DNA from: an uncultured delta proteobacterium
GTDB taxonomy: Bacteria; Myxococcota_A; UBA9160; UBA4427
Reading direction: 5' to 3'
DNA length: 64,000 nt
Assembly: GCA_963822965.1 (NCBI GenBank)
Contig: CAWGJT010000010.1
Coordinates: forward strand, 672,001-736,000
The number at the start of each line of letters is the position of its first letter. The stretch's first letter is position 1. A model generated the notes under the pieces. The model was not told the DNA's origin. It ran no database searches and saw only the letters and a list, made by a program, of their open reading frames with translations. Both the position numbers and the translations under genes were made by a program. Positions 38,937 to 49,900 of this stretch are shown here, piece by piece.

Positions 38937-39008
38937 TTGCCGCCACGCCGGGAGCGGGTCGCCGTCCGTCCCGGTCCTCCGCGCACGCCATCCGAGACGA
39001 GGGCTCCC

Positions 39009-40193
39009 ATGAACTTCGAGTTCGATCCCGAGCAGCAGGCCTTCCTGAAGGACGTCATCGCCTTCCTGGACGCGAACGACGACCCGGACGTCTTCGACGT
39101 GACGCGCGAGAACATGGCGCAGATCGTCGACACGCCGAAGCGTCGAGAATTCATGGGCAAGCTCGCGGAACAGGGCTGGCTCGGCATCACCTGGCCGGAG
39201 GAGTACGGCGGGCAGGCCGGGGAGGGCGTCTACGAGTACCTGCTGAACGAGCAGCTCGCCTACCGGGGCGGTCCGCAGATCGGCAAGGGCGTGGGCATCA
39301 TCGGCAAGACGCTCATCCGCCACGGCAACGACCGGCTCAAGAAGGAGTTCCTGCCCAAGATCCTGAACGCCGAGGTGGAGTTCGCGGTGGGATACAGCGA
39401 GCCCCAGGCCGGCTCCGACGCCGCCAACATGCAGCTTCGCGCCGTGCGCGACGAGGAGCGGGGCGGCTGGGTGCTGAACGGCGCCAAGATCTGGACCACC
39501 TCGGCGCACTTCGCGGACTGGTACTGGGTGGGTGCGCGCACGAATCCCGAGAACAAGCACCGGGGCATCACGCTCTTCCTGGTGCCCATGGACCATCCCG
39601 GTCTCACCGTGCAGGGCATCCCCACCATCGGCGACGAGATCACGAACTCGGTCTTCTTCGAGGACGTCTTCGTCCCCGACGACTACGTGGTGGGCGAGGT
39701 CGACTCGGGCTTCCAGTACATCTCCGAGGCCCTCGACCTCGAGCGCTTCACGATGTTCACCTACTCGCCCATCCAGCAGCGGCTGGAGGTGCTGATCGAC
39801 CACGTGAAGAACGGCACCAAGGACGGCGAGCCCCTGAAGAACGACCCGGTCGTGCGGCAGAAGATCGCGCGCCTCGTCACCGAGGGCGAGGTGGCGCGGG
39901 TGCTGGGCCTGCGCTTCGTCTCGAAGGCCGGCGTCGGCAACAAGCCGCCCACCGCCGAGGCGTCCATGTACAAGCTCTTCGCGACCACGCTGTCGAAGAA
40001 GCTCGCCAACGACTCCATGGACATCGGGGGGGTCGGCGCGCAGCTGCGCGTGCGGACCGAGGAGGCGCCCATGCAGGGCCGCGCTGAGTCCACCTACCGC
40101 TACACGGTGATCGACACCATCGGCGGCGGCGCGTCGGAGATCCAGAAGAACATCCTGGCTCGGCGCCACCTGGGCCTGCCGAAGAACTTTTGA
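39009..40193 (+). CDS. Acyl-CoA dehydrogenase, FadE26/FadE29-like (alpha/catalytic type)
   Basis: GWLGITWP, FAVGYSEPQAGSD, ALDLERF, IGGGASEIQKNIL; close paralogue of 33907..35088. Confidence 0.9.
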   Translation: MNFEFDPEQQAFLKDVIAFLDANDDPDVFDVTRENMAQIVDTPKRREFMGKLAEQGWLGITWPEEYGGQAGEGVYEYLLNEQLAYRGGPQIGKGVGIIGKTLIRHGNDRLKKEFLPKILNAEVEFAVGYSEPQAGSDAANMQLRAVRDEERGGWVLNGAKIWTTSAHFADWYWVGARTNPENKHRGITLFLVPMDHPGLTVQGIPTIGDEITNSVFFEDVFVPDDYVVGEVDSGFQYISEALDLERFTMFTYSPIQQRLEVLIDHVKNGTKDGEPLKNDPVVRQKIARLVTEGEVARVLGLRFVSKAGVGNKPPTAEASMYKLFATTLSKKLANDSMDIGGVGAQLRVRTEEAPMQGRAESTYRYTVIDTIGGGASEIQKNILARRHLGLPKNF

Positions 40194-41389
40194 CCCCGGC
40201 CCTGGCGGACCCGCGGATGCCCGACTCCACTCCCATGCTCGGCGGGATCACCGTGCTCGATCTCGCGAGCGTCGGTCCGGCGGCGCGTGCCTCGCGCATG
40301 CTGGCCGACTACGGCGCCCGGGTGGTCAAGATCGGACCCACGAGCCGCAAGGGGGCCGTGCAGATCCAGCCCGCCTACCACACCTACGGAGCGGGTCGCG
40401 GGCTCTCGCGCATGCGCATCGACCTCAAGTCCGCCGGCGGCCGCGAGGCCTTCCTGCGCCTGGCCGAGAAGGCGGACGTGGTGATCGAGAGCTACCGGCC
40501 GGGCGTCGTGAAGCGCCTCGGCATCGGCTACGAGGAAGTGGCGCGCCGCAACCCGCGCATCGTCTACTGCCAGACGAGCGGCTACGGCCAGGACGGCCCC
40601 GCCGCGGCCTGGGCCGGGCACGACATCAACTATCTCGCCATGGCGGGCTTCCTGGCCTGCAGCGAGCCGCGCGCCGACGGCGGCCCGCCGATCCCCGGCG
40701 CCACCGTGGCGGACAGCGCCGGCGGCGGCATGCACGCGGTCATCGCGATCCTGGCTGCCCTGGTGCGGCGCGCCGCGACGGGCGAAGGGGCCTGCCTCGA
40801 CGTGGCGGCGACCGAGGGCGTGCTCTCCCTGATGTCGCTCTCGGTCGACCAGTACCTGGCGACCGGCGAGGTGGCGGGGCCGCGCCAGACGCTGCTCACG
40901 GGTCGCTACGCGTGCTACGACGTCTACCCCTGCCGGGACGGACGCTGGATCTCGGTGGGCGCCATCGAGCCGCACTTCTTCGCGAACCTGTGCCGCCTGC
41001 TCGAGCTGCCGCAGTACGCCGAGAGGCAGCACGACGACGACGTCCAGGACGAGATGCGGAAGGCCTTCGCCGACCGCTTCCGCACCCGCACCCAGGAGGA
41101 GTGGGTGGCGCTGCTGGCCCCGGCGGACACCTGCGTGGCGCCGGTGCGGACCATCCCCGAGCTCGTCCACGACCCGCACCTGCGCGCCCGGGGCGCCTTC
41201 GTGCCGGCCGTGCATCCCGAGGCCGGGCCCTTCGAGCAGACCGCCGCCGTGCTGGCGGGTGGTCTCCGGAACACGCCGCCGCACCGGGTGCGGCCCGCGG
41301 ACGAGAGCGACGCGAACGAGCTTCTGCAGCACGCCGGCCTGGCGCTCGACGAGATCGAGAAGCTCCGGGCCGAGGGCTGCATCGAGTAG
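40190..41389 (+). CDS. Family III CoA-transferase fold, alpha-methylacyl-CoA racemase-like
   Basis: ESYRPGV, AGHDINYLA, VADSAGGGM, GAIEPHFF; start could instead be ATG 40217. Confidence 0.8.
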   Translation: MTPALADPRMPDSTPMLGGITVLDLASVGPAARASRMLADYGARVVKIGPTSRKGAVQIQPAYHTYGAGRGLSRMRIDLKSAGGREAFLRLAEKADVVIESYRPGVVKRLGIGYEEVARRNPRIVYCQTSGYGQDGPAAAWAGHDINYLAMAGFLACSEPRADGGPPIPGATVADSAGGGMHAVIAILAALVRRAATGEGACLDVAATEGVLSLMSLSVDQYLATGEVAGPRQTLLTGRYACYDVYPCRDGRWISVGAIEPHFFANLCRLLELPQYAERQHDDDVQDEMRKAFADRFRTRTQEEWVALLAPADTCVAPVRTIPELVHDPHLRARGAFVPAVHPEAGPFEQTAAVLAGGLRNTPPHRVRPADESDANELLQHAGLALDEIEKLRAEGCIE

Positions 41390-41439
41390 GCCCGAGAAGG
41401 GTCCTTTCGCCCCGGGAGGGGCCAGGGAGGCAAACGCGC

Positions 41440-41970
41440 ATGGGCGCCGCCAAGAACGCAGACGATCTGCCCGCCGAGGTCGAGTCCTGGCTCGGCAAGG
41501 AGCGCTACGTCGAGAAGACCGAGTTCCCGATCGAGATGGGGTACGTCTACACGACCTGCGCTTCGGTGCAGAACGGCAACCCGCTCTTCTGGGACGCAGG
41601 GGTCGCCCAGGAGCTCACCGGCGGTTCCATCGCACCGCCCACGATGCTCTCGGTGTGGTTCCGGCCGCACTACTGGGCGCCGGGGCGGGAGAAGGTCGCG
41701 CAACCGCTCCAGGTGCACTTCGACCTGAAGGAGAAGCTCGACCTGCCCGAGGCGGTGATGACCGACAACACGATCGTCTTCGGCGAGCCCGTGCGCCCGG
41801 GTGACGTGCTCACCACCTGCCAGGTGCTGCACTCGGTCTCCGCCCTCAAGCAGACGAAGCTCGGCACGGGCCGCTTCTGGGAGATCGAGGTGCGCTACAC
41901 GAACCAGCGCGGCGAGATGGTCGGGACCGAGTGGTACACGGGCTACGGCTACAAGAGGGGGGTCCGATGA
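41440..41970 (+). CDS. MaoC / hotdog-fold dehydratase subunit (FAS1-like N-terminal type)
   Basis: NGNPLFWD, IAPPTMLSVW, FGEPVRPGD, YTNQRGEMV. Confidence 0.8.
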   Translation: MGAAKNADDLPAEVESWLGKERYVEKTEFPIEMGYVYTTCASVQNGNPLFWDAGVAQELTGGSIAPPTMLSVWFRPHYWAPGREKVAQPLQVHFDLKEKLDLPEAVMTDNTIVFGEPVRPGDVLTTCQVLHSVSALKQTKLGTGRFWEIEVRYTNQRGEMVGTEWYTGYGYKRGVR

Positions 41971-42440
41971 GCGGAATCCAGAGCCTCACGATCGGAGACG
42001 TGAAGAAGGGCGACGTGCTTCCGGAGCTGTCCGTCGACGTCACGGCCACCACCGTCGTGCTCGGCGCCATGGCGAGCCGGGACTGGCGTCCCATGCATCA
42101 CGACTACGACTTCGCGGTGAACCGGAACGGCACCAAGAACATCTTCCTGAACACCCCCAACCAGGCGGCCTGGTTCGAGCGCTACCTGACGGACTGGACC
42201 GGTCCGAAGGGCCGCCTCGGCCGCATCAAGTTCCGCATGAAGGACTCGGTCTTTCCGGACGACACCATGGTGTTCCGCGGCGAGGTCGCGGACGTGGACC
42301 CCGACGCCGGCTGGGTGGACCTGGAGATGCGGCTGCAGGTGGGCGACAACGTCGTCACCGGCTGCACCGCGCGCATGGCCCTTCCCCGCAGCGCCGACGA
42401 CAACCCCTGGGCCCGCAAGGGCGAAGACTGGCGGCCCTGA
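41967..42440 (+). CDS. MaoC dehydratase subunit (ChsH1-like)
   Basis: ATGA overlap; GAMASRDWRPMHHD, NIFLNT, DWTGPKGR. Confidence 0.8.
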   Translation: MSGIQSLTIGDVKKGDVLPELSVDVTATTVVLGAMASRDWRPMHHDYDFAVNRNGTKNIFLNTPNQAAWFERYLTDWTGPKGRLGRIKFRMKDSVFPDDTMVFRGEVADVDPDAGWVDLEMRLQVGDNVVTGCTARMALPRSADDNPWARKGEDWRP

Positions 42441-42515
42441 GCGGCGAGCCGGCTCGAGCCGGACGCCCGCCGCACCCTCCGAACCCGACCGACCCCGAAG
42501 AAAGGGAAACCGAGC

Positions 42516-43640
42516 ATGGATCTGGACTTCACCGAAGAGCAGCAGATGCTGCGCGAGATGGTGCGCGGCGTCTTCGCCGAGTACGCCCCCATCGAGGCCG
42601 TGCGGGCCCTGGAGGACGATCCCAAGGGCTATCCCGACGCGCTGTGGAAGCAGATGGCCGAGCTCGATCTGCTGGGGCTCACGATTCCCGAGGCCTTCGG
42701 CGGATCGGCCCAGGGCATGCTGGAGGCGGCGATCGTCTACGAGGAGATCGGCCGCTCGCTGGCGCCCACGCCGCACTTCGTGAGCTGCGTGCTGTCCGCC
42801 GGCGCCCTGGCGAAGGCCGGCAGCGAGGAGCAGAAGCAGGCCTGGCTTCCGAAGATCGTCACCGGCGCCGCCATCCTCACGCCGGCCTGGCTCGAGCCCC
42901 GGAACGGCTTCGGTCCCCGGGGCGTGCAGGTGCGGGCGGTGGCCGACGGCGACGCCTTCGTGCTGACCGGCACGAAGTGGCACGTGCTCTTCGCCAGCGC
43001 CGCGACCCGCCTGCTGGTGCTCGCGCGCACCGGCGACGGACTGACGGACGTGGACCTCTTTCTGGTGGACCCGAGCGCGGCGGGCGTGAAGCTCAGCCAG
43101 CAGATGAACCTGGCCTCGGACACCCAGTACGCGGTGGAGCTGGACGGCGTGCGGGTGCCGGCGTCCGACCGCGTGGGGCCGGCCGGCAGCGGCTGGGCCA
43201 CCTGGCACGAGGTGATGCTCGAGGGGATCATCCTCGCGGCCGCCCAGGCCGCGGGCGGTGCCCAGCGATCCCTGGAGCTGACGGTCGCCTACGCGAAGGA
43301 GCGCGAGCAGTTCGACAAGCCCCTCGGTGCATTCCAGGCCATCGCCCACTACCTCGCAGACGCGGCCACCCAGGTGGAAGGTGGCGCCACCCTGGTGTAC
43401 GAGGCGGCCTGGGCCCACAGCGAAGGCAAGCCCATCGCGCGCCTGGCCCCCATGGCGAAGCTCTTCATGTGCCAGGTCTACCGGGACGTGACGGCCATGT
43501 CGCTGCAGGTGTTCGGCGGCGTCGGCTTCACCATCGAGTACGACGCGCAGCTCTACTTCCGCCGTGCCAAGCAGCTGCAGCTCAACTGGTGGGACTCCCG
43601 CACCCTGGAGGAGCTCGTCGCGAGCGACGTGCTCGACTGA
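42516..43640 (+). CDS. Acyl-CoA dehydrogenase, FadE27/FadE28-like (beta / non-catalytic type)
   Basis: EEIGRSLAPTP, AWLEP (no SEPxAGSD), YAKEREQFDKPLGAFQAIAH, QVFGGVGFTIEYD. Confidence 0.85.
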   Translation: MDLDFTEEQQMLREMVRGVFAEYAPIEAVRALEDDPKGYPDALWKQMAELDLLGLTIPEAFGGSAQGMLEAAIVYEEIGRSLAPTPHFVSCVLSAGALAKAGSEEQKQAWLPKIVTGAAILTPAWLEPRNGFGPRGVQVRAVADGDAFVLTGTKWHVLFASAATRLLVLARTGDGLTDVDLFLVDPSAAGVKLSQQMNLASDTQYAVELDGVRVPASDRVGPAGSGWATWHEVMLEGIILAAAQAAGGAQRSLELTVAYAKEREQFDKPLGAFQAIAHYLADAATQVEGGATLVYEAAWAHSEGKPIARLAPMAKLFMCQVYRDVTAMSLQVFGGVGFTIEYDAQLYFRRAKQLQLNWWDSRTLEELVASDVLD

Positions 43641-43849
43641 AGACCGTCCCGTCCTTTCCGGAGGTCTCCGGGCGGTGTTACACACGGCCGGAGCCCCGGC
43701 TCGCGCTCTCCCGGCGTCGCGGACGGCGGTCGCCACGGGCTGCCTCTCGCTCGGCGGCGCCCGGGGCGAGACGCTAGGCTGAAGGCTCCGGTGTGGGGTC
43801 GAGCCACGCCGGATTGCTGCTCCATTCGGGCACGTGGAGGAAGGCTTCC

Positions 43850-46800
43850 GTGGGCTCCGGAGAAGTGCGGGCCGACGGCGAGGCCCGAGACCCAGGGATC
43901 CTCGCCTTCGACGAGTTCGAGTTCGACCCGGGGGCATTGACGCTACGCCGGGGCGACGAGCTCGTCGCGCTCCCGGGCAGGCCGATGCAGCTTCTCGCAG
44001 TCCTGTGTCGCCACCGCGACCGTTTCGTCAGCAAGAGCGAGATCCTCGATCTCGTCTGGGGTGATACGGCAGTCAGCGAGGCGTCGGTCTTCACTGCGCT
44101 CCGGGAGCTGCGTCGCGTGCTCGGGGACAGCGGCCGGGAGCAACGGTTCATCCAGACCCGGCGCGGGCACGGATACCGGTTCGCGGCGGCCGTAGAGGGG
44201 CGCGAGGTCTTCGCGACGGCGCGCGTCCGAGACGACTTCGTCGGCCGTGGCCCCCTGCTCGCGCGACTCCGTGCCGCATGCGAAGCGAGCCGCGCCGGTC
44301 GGGGGCAGATCGTGCTGCTGGCCGGCGAGCCGGGCATCGGAAAGACCCGGGTGATCGAGGAGCTCGTCGCCGGTATGCCCCGCGTCCACCGGGCGTGGTG
44401 CTGGGAAGGCAAGGGCGCCCCGCCGTACTGGCCCTGGATCCAGCTGCTGCGCGATCTGTGCCGGGACGAAGGCGGTGTCTCCCTGGCGCGCGAGGCTGCG
44501 GGCTCACCCGTCGCCACGCTCTTGTCCGAGGGGGACGGGACGCTGCCGTCGGCGGAGCTCCTGGAGCGCCCGGACGCCCGCTTCCGGCTCTTCGAGGCCG
44601 TGTGGCGCCTGCTCGAGCGAGCGTGCCGCAGCGCGCCGCGAATCCTCGTGGTGGAGGACCTGCACTGGGCGGATGCCTCGTCGCTGCAGGTGCTGGAGTT
44701 CGTGGCGCACGAGTCCCATGCGAGTGGATCGCTGCTGCTCGCGTCCTATCGAGACAACGAGATCCGGGCGCCCCATCCCCTCGCCGAGACGCTCGGACGC
44801 CTGCGGCGACGGGCGCAGGTCACGGTCGAGGAGCTCGAGGGGCTCGACGAGGATGCCGTCGCCTCGCTCATCGGGCGACTCTCCGGCGCGCACGCGGCGA
44901 ACGAGCAGGTGCGGGACACCCGGGAGCGGACGGGCGGCAACCCGCTGTGGATCCGGGCCCTCTTCGGCCTCGGCGGAGGCGTCGCGGGCGCCGCGCTCCC
45001 GCTCTCGCGGGCCCCGGTGCGCGACGTGCTGGAGGGGTTGGCGGGACGGCTCTCGGCGGAGACCCGCCGTCTGCTGGAGTGCGCCGCGGTGCTCGGCACC
45101 GAGGCGCCCCTCGCCCTGCTCGGGCAGCTCGCCCGGCTGGGGGACGCGGCGCTGCGGCGGGCGGTAGCCGAGGCCGAGCGAGCGGGCTTCCTGCGGCTCG
45201 ATCGCGGGGGGCGCGTGCGCTTCGTCCATGCCCTGATGCAGGAGACCTTCTACCAGAGCGTGCCCGTGCAGCGGGCCGCGTCGCTCCACGAGCGTGCCGG
45301 CCGGCTCCTGGAGGCGCTGCACCGGGAGGACCCCGGTCCGCATCTCTCGGAGATCGCCGGACACTTCGACAAGGCAGCCGCGTGGGGTGATGCCGCTCGG
45401 GCGCTGGACTATGCGCGGCGCTCGGGGGAGCGCGCCATGCGCCTGCTGGCCTTCGACGAGGCGGCCGCGCACTTCGCGCGCGCCCGCGCGGCCCTCGACC
45501 ACCTGCCGGCCGCCGGTGACCTCGAACGCTGCGACCTGCTCCTGGCGGAGGCCGAGGCCCTGGCACGAGGCGGCCGTCTGGCGGCCTCCATCGCCTGCTG
45601 CCGTCCCGCCGTGGAGATCGCACGCGAGCGCGGCGACGGGGTGCGCCTCGCGCGAGCGGCAATCGGCAGCGTGGGACGACTGCTGCCCATGGGCGTGCTC
45701 GAGGCCGGCGATGCCGATCTGCTGAAGGAGGCGCTGCTTGCGGCACCGGAGGAGTCGAGGGCTCTGCGCGCGGAGCTGCTGCTGCGGCTCGCCGCGCACG
45801 CGAGTGCATCCGCCGAGCCGGAATCGGCGGCTCGGCTCATGCAGGAAGGCGCCCGCCTCGCCGCCGCGAGCGGAGACGCGGCCGTCCAGGCCCTCGTGAT
45901 CCGCACCCAGGCCTACGACCGGGCGGGCGGGGTGGATCCAGTGACCCGCCTCGAGGCGGCCGCGGAAGCCTTCGAGCGAGCGGATCGCACGGGCGACCAC
46001 GAAGCCGCGGCCATGGCTCTGTTCCTGGGCATGACGGGTCGTCTCGTCACGGGGGAGGTGGACCAGGCGGATCGAGCCGCCAGGATCCTGCAGCACCGGA
46101 TCGACCGACAGCGCCTGCTTCAGGTCGAGCCCTTCCTGCTCGGGTATCGCGCCACACGCGCGCTCATGGCCGGCCGCTACGACGACGCGGAGCGCCTCGC
46201 CATCGAGACCGCGCAGCTCGGCACTCGTGTGAGCTCACCGGTGACGACCATGTACTTCGGCGTCCCCCAGCTCGGCGAGCTGCGCCGGGTGCAGGGGAGG
46301 GCGTCGGAGATCGTCGGCCTTCTCGTGGACGTGCCCGAGCGGTTCCCCGACCAGAACGGCTTCATCGCGCCCACGGCGTTGATGCTCGCCGAGGCGGGCG
46401 CGCGCGACGAGGCCCGCCGGCTCTTCCGGCGAGCAGCCGGGCTGGGCTTCGACCGACTTCCACGCGACGCCAACCATCTCGCGCTGCTCGCGATGTTCGC
46501 CGAGGGCGCGGCGGCTCTGGGCGAACGGGACGCCGCCCGTCCCCTCTACGATCTGCTGGCTCCCCATGCCCACTGGTACGCCTCCGCGGGCCATGCCCAG
46601 GCCTTCATGGGACCCGTGCCCCTGTTCCTCGGGCTGCTCGCGGGGCTCGCGGGCTGGGACGAGCGCGCCGACGCGCACTTCGGCATGGCCCTCGAGGCCG
46701 CGGCGCGCCTCGACGTGCCGCCGATCGAGGCGCGAACCCGCCTCTTCTGGGCGCGCGCCCTCGCCACGCGCCTCCGGCCCGACACCGCGAGAGCCCGCGC

Positions 46801-46900
46801 GCTCGCCGGCGAGGCCCGGACCAGCGGCGAAGCCCTGGGCATGCATGCGCTCGTGCGGGCCGCCCACGAGATCGAGCACGCGACGCCACACGAGGGCTGA
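43850..46900 (+). CDS. Large transcriptional regulator: OmpR/CadC-type wHTH + AAA (STAND) ATPase + TPR-like region
   Basis: LDLVWG...LRRVLGD...FIQTRRGHGYRF; FVGR, GEPGIGKT, VVEDLHWAD, TGGNPL, FVHAL. Confidence 0.85.
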   Translation: MGSGEVRADGEARDPGILAFDEFEFDPGALTLRRGDELVALPGRPMQLLAVLCRHRDRFVSKSEILDLVWGDTAVSEASVFTALRELRRVLGDSGREQRFIQTRRGHGYRFAAAVEGREVFATARVRDDFVGRGPLLARLRAACEASRAGRGQIVLLAGEPGIGKTRVIEELVAGMPRVHRAWCWEGKGAPPYWPWIQLLRDLCRDEGGVSLAREAAGSPVATLLSEGDGTLPSAELLERPDARFRLFEAVWRLLERACRSAPRILVVEDLHWADASSLQVLEFVAHESHASGSLLLASYRDNEIRAPHPLAETLGRLRRRAQVTVEELEGLDEDAVASLIGRLSGAHAANEQVRDTRERTGGNPLWIRALFGLGGGVAGAALPLSRAPVRDVLEGLAGRLSAETRRLLECAAVLGTEAPLALLGQLARLGDAALRRAVAEAERAGFLRLDRGGRVRFVHALMQETFYQSVPVQRAASLHERAGRLLEALHREDPGPHLSEIAGHFDKAAAWGDAARALDYARRSGERAMRLLAFDEAAAHFARARAALDHLPAAGDLERCDLLLAEAEALARGGRLAASIACCRPAVEIARERGDGVRLARAAIGSVGRLLPMGVLEAGDADLLKEALLAAPEESRALRAELLLRLAAHASASAEPESAARLMQEGARLAAASGDAAVQALVIRTQAYDRAGGVDPVTRLEAAAEAFERADRTGDHEAAAMALFLGMTGRLVTGEVDQADRAARILQHRIDRQRLLQVEPFLLGYRATRALMAGRYDDAERLAIETAQLGTRVSSPVTTMYFGVPQLGELRRVQGRASEIVGLLVDVPERFPDQNGFIAPTALMLAEAGARDEARRLFRRAAGLGFDRLPRDANHLALLAMFAEGAAALGERDAARPLYDLLAPHAHWYASAGHAQAFMGPVPLFLGLLAGLAGWDERADAHFGMALEAAARLDVPPIEARTRLFWARALATRLRPDTARARALAGEARTSGEALGMHALVRAAHEIEHATPHEG

Positions 46901-46915
46901 AGCGGGCTCGGGCCC

Positions 46916-49900
46916 TCATGCGGGTCGTTCCCGGCTTCGGCGGTCGCGCTTGCGGACGCGTCCGGACCCCAGACCCGCGAGGGCCCCGGCGAGCAGCGCC
47001 AGGCCGAAGGGCCCGAGCGCCGGGAGCTGCATCGGGGGAGTCCTCACGCCCGGGCCGCCCGGATCGACGATCATCCCGTCTACGCTCGTGGCATCGCCGA
47101 GCGCTCCGTCGACGAGGGCGAACGCCACCGTCCCCACGGTCTGGGCGCCCACCGCCGCGGTGCCGAACGTCGCGCCCGGCAAGGTGTACCAATCCGAGCT
47201 GGCCGGATCGCCTGGCACGGTGGGACCGAACTTGCGGTACGGCGGCGCCAGCGACGCGGTGGCGTGGAAGTAGATGCGGACTGCGGCCGACGAGCAGGGG
47301 GCCATGAACGAGACCAGGCCCAGCGGATAGTCGAAGCTCGGATCCGGGGCGCCCACCTCGGCCTCGGCCATGACGTGCACGTCCAGCAGCTCGCTGCATC
47401 CGCCCGAGACCTCGACGGTCACGTAGCTCGTGCCGCCGGGGTCTGGAAGCGAGGTGACGCCGGTCTGGTTGCTGTCGGCGAGACCGTCGCCGTTGCCGTC
47501 CCCGCCGTTGGGACCGGCGTCCTCCACCACCGTGGGGATGCCGTCGCCGTCGTCGTCGGGCGAGTCGGTGCGAATGTCGGCCTCGGTCGCCTGGCCGCCG
47601 ACGCGACGCCACCGGCCGTGGGCCGGTACGAGTGGAGGAGTCGTCGTGAGCGGCGCATAGAGGAGGCGCGCGCGCCAGCGGTAGAGGGTGGCCGGCGCGA
47701 GGCCGGTCAACGTCTCGGTGACACGAGTGCCGAAGAGGGTCGCGGGCAGCGTCTTCCAGGTGGTGCCGAGCTGCGACGTGCAGCTCGCGCCGCCGAAGGC
47801 CACACCGGGCGGGCACGCCTCGAGCTCGATCTTGACGCGCCCGCGCCCAGCGGGATGCTTGGCGTACATGGCGACCGCGAACGAGTCGCGCTCGCTGCTG
47901 CTTCCCCAGGGCGGCACCGGGACCGGGCTGCCCTCGTCGGGCAGCTGCTGCGCGGCCACGGGGAGGGCGAGGTCGTTGCTGAGGAACAGGAACCCCGCGC
48001 CTGCGTCCACCGCTGCGCCGCTGAAGGTCGGGGCGCCCACGATCACGTCCGCGAGACCGTCTCCGTCGACGTCCCGCCCCGGCGACGCTGGCACCGAAAT
48101 TTGCCGCGGGCTGGTAGGCCTCGAGCTTCGTGTTCGCGCCGGCCGCGGTGGTCGATTCGATGCCGTCGGTCCCACCGAGGAAGACGAACGCCGCCCCTTC
48201 GGCGTTCGGACCCGAGAAGTATGTTGGGCGACCGACGATCACGTCGCTGTAGCCGTCGCCATTCAGGTCTCCGGCCCCGGCCACGTTCCACCGAAGTACG
48301 TGAACGCGGGATCGCCTTGGATCGTGTGGCGCGGGAAGTTCGCGATGCCGCTCGCCCCGCCGAAGAACACGAGGGCCTCGCCGGGTGGCTGCGGGGGGAA
48401 CGCCGGAATGTCGGGAAGGAAGGCACTCGGCGCGCCGACGATCACGTCGGCGTAGCCGTCGCCGTTGACGTCGCCGGCCCCGGCGACGCTCGTTCCGAGC
48501 GACATCGAGGAGACGGCGATCTGGATTCGCTCGAGCTGGGCATCCGCCGTGCTCGGGCTCCCGTCGGAGATGCCCGATGCGCTCCCCAGGAAGACGAAGG
48601 CGGCCCCCTCGTCGTGTCTCGCCCAGGGCCATCGTATTGGTGCGCGCCGACGATCACGTCGGCGTAGCCGTCGCCGTTCACGTCGCCGGCGCCGGCGACG
48701 CGGCAGCCGAAGCACGCGTCGGCCTGGTTCGACTCGAGCTGGGCGTCGGCGGTGGTCGGGGTCCGCGTCCGCGATCCCCGCCGCGCTGCCCAGGAAGACG
48801 AAGGCGGCGCCCTCGTCGGTCTCGCCGTCGTCGTAGGTGGCGCCGACGATGACGTCGGCGTAGCCGTCGCCGTTCACGTCGCCGGCTCCGGCCACGCTCG
48901 CAGCCGAAGCGGCGCGCCTGCCTGATTCGACTCGAGTCGGGCATCGTGCGCTGGCGGGATCTCCATCCGCGATCCCGAGCGCGCTGCCGAGGAAGACGAA
49001 GGCGGCGCCCTCGTCTGGTCTCGCCCGAATCGTAGTAGCGTGCGCGCCGACGATGACGTCGGCGTAGCCGTCGCCGTTCACGTCGCCCGCCCCGGCGACG
49101 CTGCTGCCGAAGTCCGGCGTAGGCCTGGTTCGACTCGAGCTGCGCAGTCGGCGGATGGTCGGGATCCGTCGGCGATGCCGGAGGCGCTCCCGAGGAAGAC
49201 GAAGGCCGCCCCTTCGCTCGGCTCCCCGCCGTCGTAGTCGGGCGCGCCGACGATGACGTCGGCGTAGCCGTCGCCGTTCACGTCGCCCGCGCCGGCCACG
49301 CTCATGCCGAGCTCGGCGCCGCCTGGTTCCGACTCGAGCCGGGCGCGGCGTCTGGGATTGCCAGTCCGACGATCCCCGTCGCGCCCTCCCAGGAAGACGA
49401 AGCGCGGCCCCCTCGTCGGTCCCGCCGCGCGTCGTACAGTGGGCGCCGACGATGACGTCGGCGTAGCCGTCGCCGTTCACGTCGCCCGCGCCCGCCACGC
49501 TCGCAGCCGCAGATACGCGCTCGCCTGGTCCGACTCGAGCTGCGCGTGCGGCCGTCGCTGGGATCGCCGTCCAGCGATCCCCGACGCGCTGCCGAGGAAG
49601 ACGAAGGCGGCCCCCTCGTCCGCGGTCGCCCGCGTCGTAACTGGGGCGCCCCGACGATCACGTCGGCGTAGCCGTCGCCGTTCACGTCGCCCGGCCCCGG
49701 CCACGCTCGCAGCCGAGGTAGCGCGACGTCGCCTGGTTCGACTCGAGCCGCGCATCGGCCGTCGCGGGGTCGCCGTCCGGCGATCCCCGGCGCGCTGCCG
49801 AGGAAGACGAAGGCGGCGCCCTCGTCGGTCTCGCCGGCGTCGTAGCTGCGGCGCCCCGACGATGAGTCGGCGTAGCCGTCGCCGTTCACGTCGCCGGCGC

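Noticed and set aside
43850..46900. STAND ATPase as an antiphage (Avs/NLR) system
   Set aside because: The N-terminal domain is a transcription-type wHTH, not a nuclease, TIR or other effector; no defence-island context
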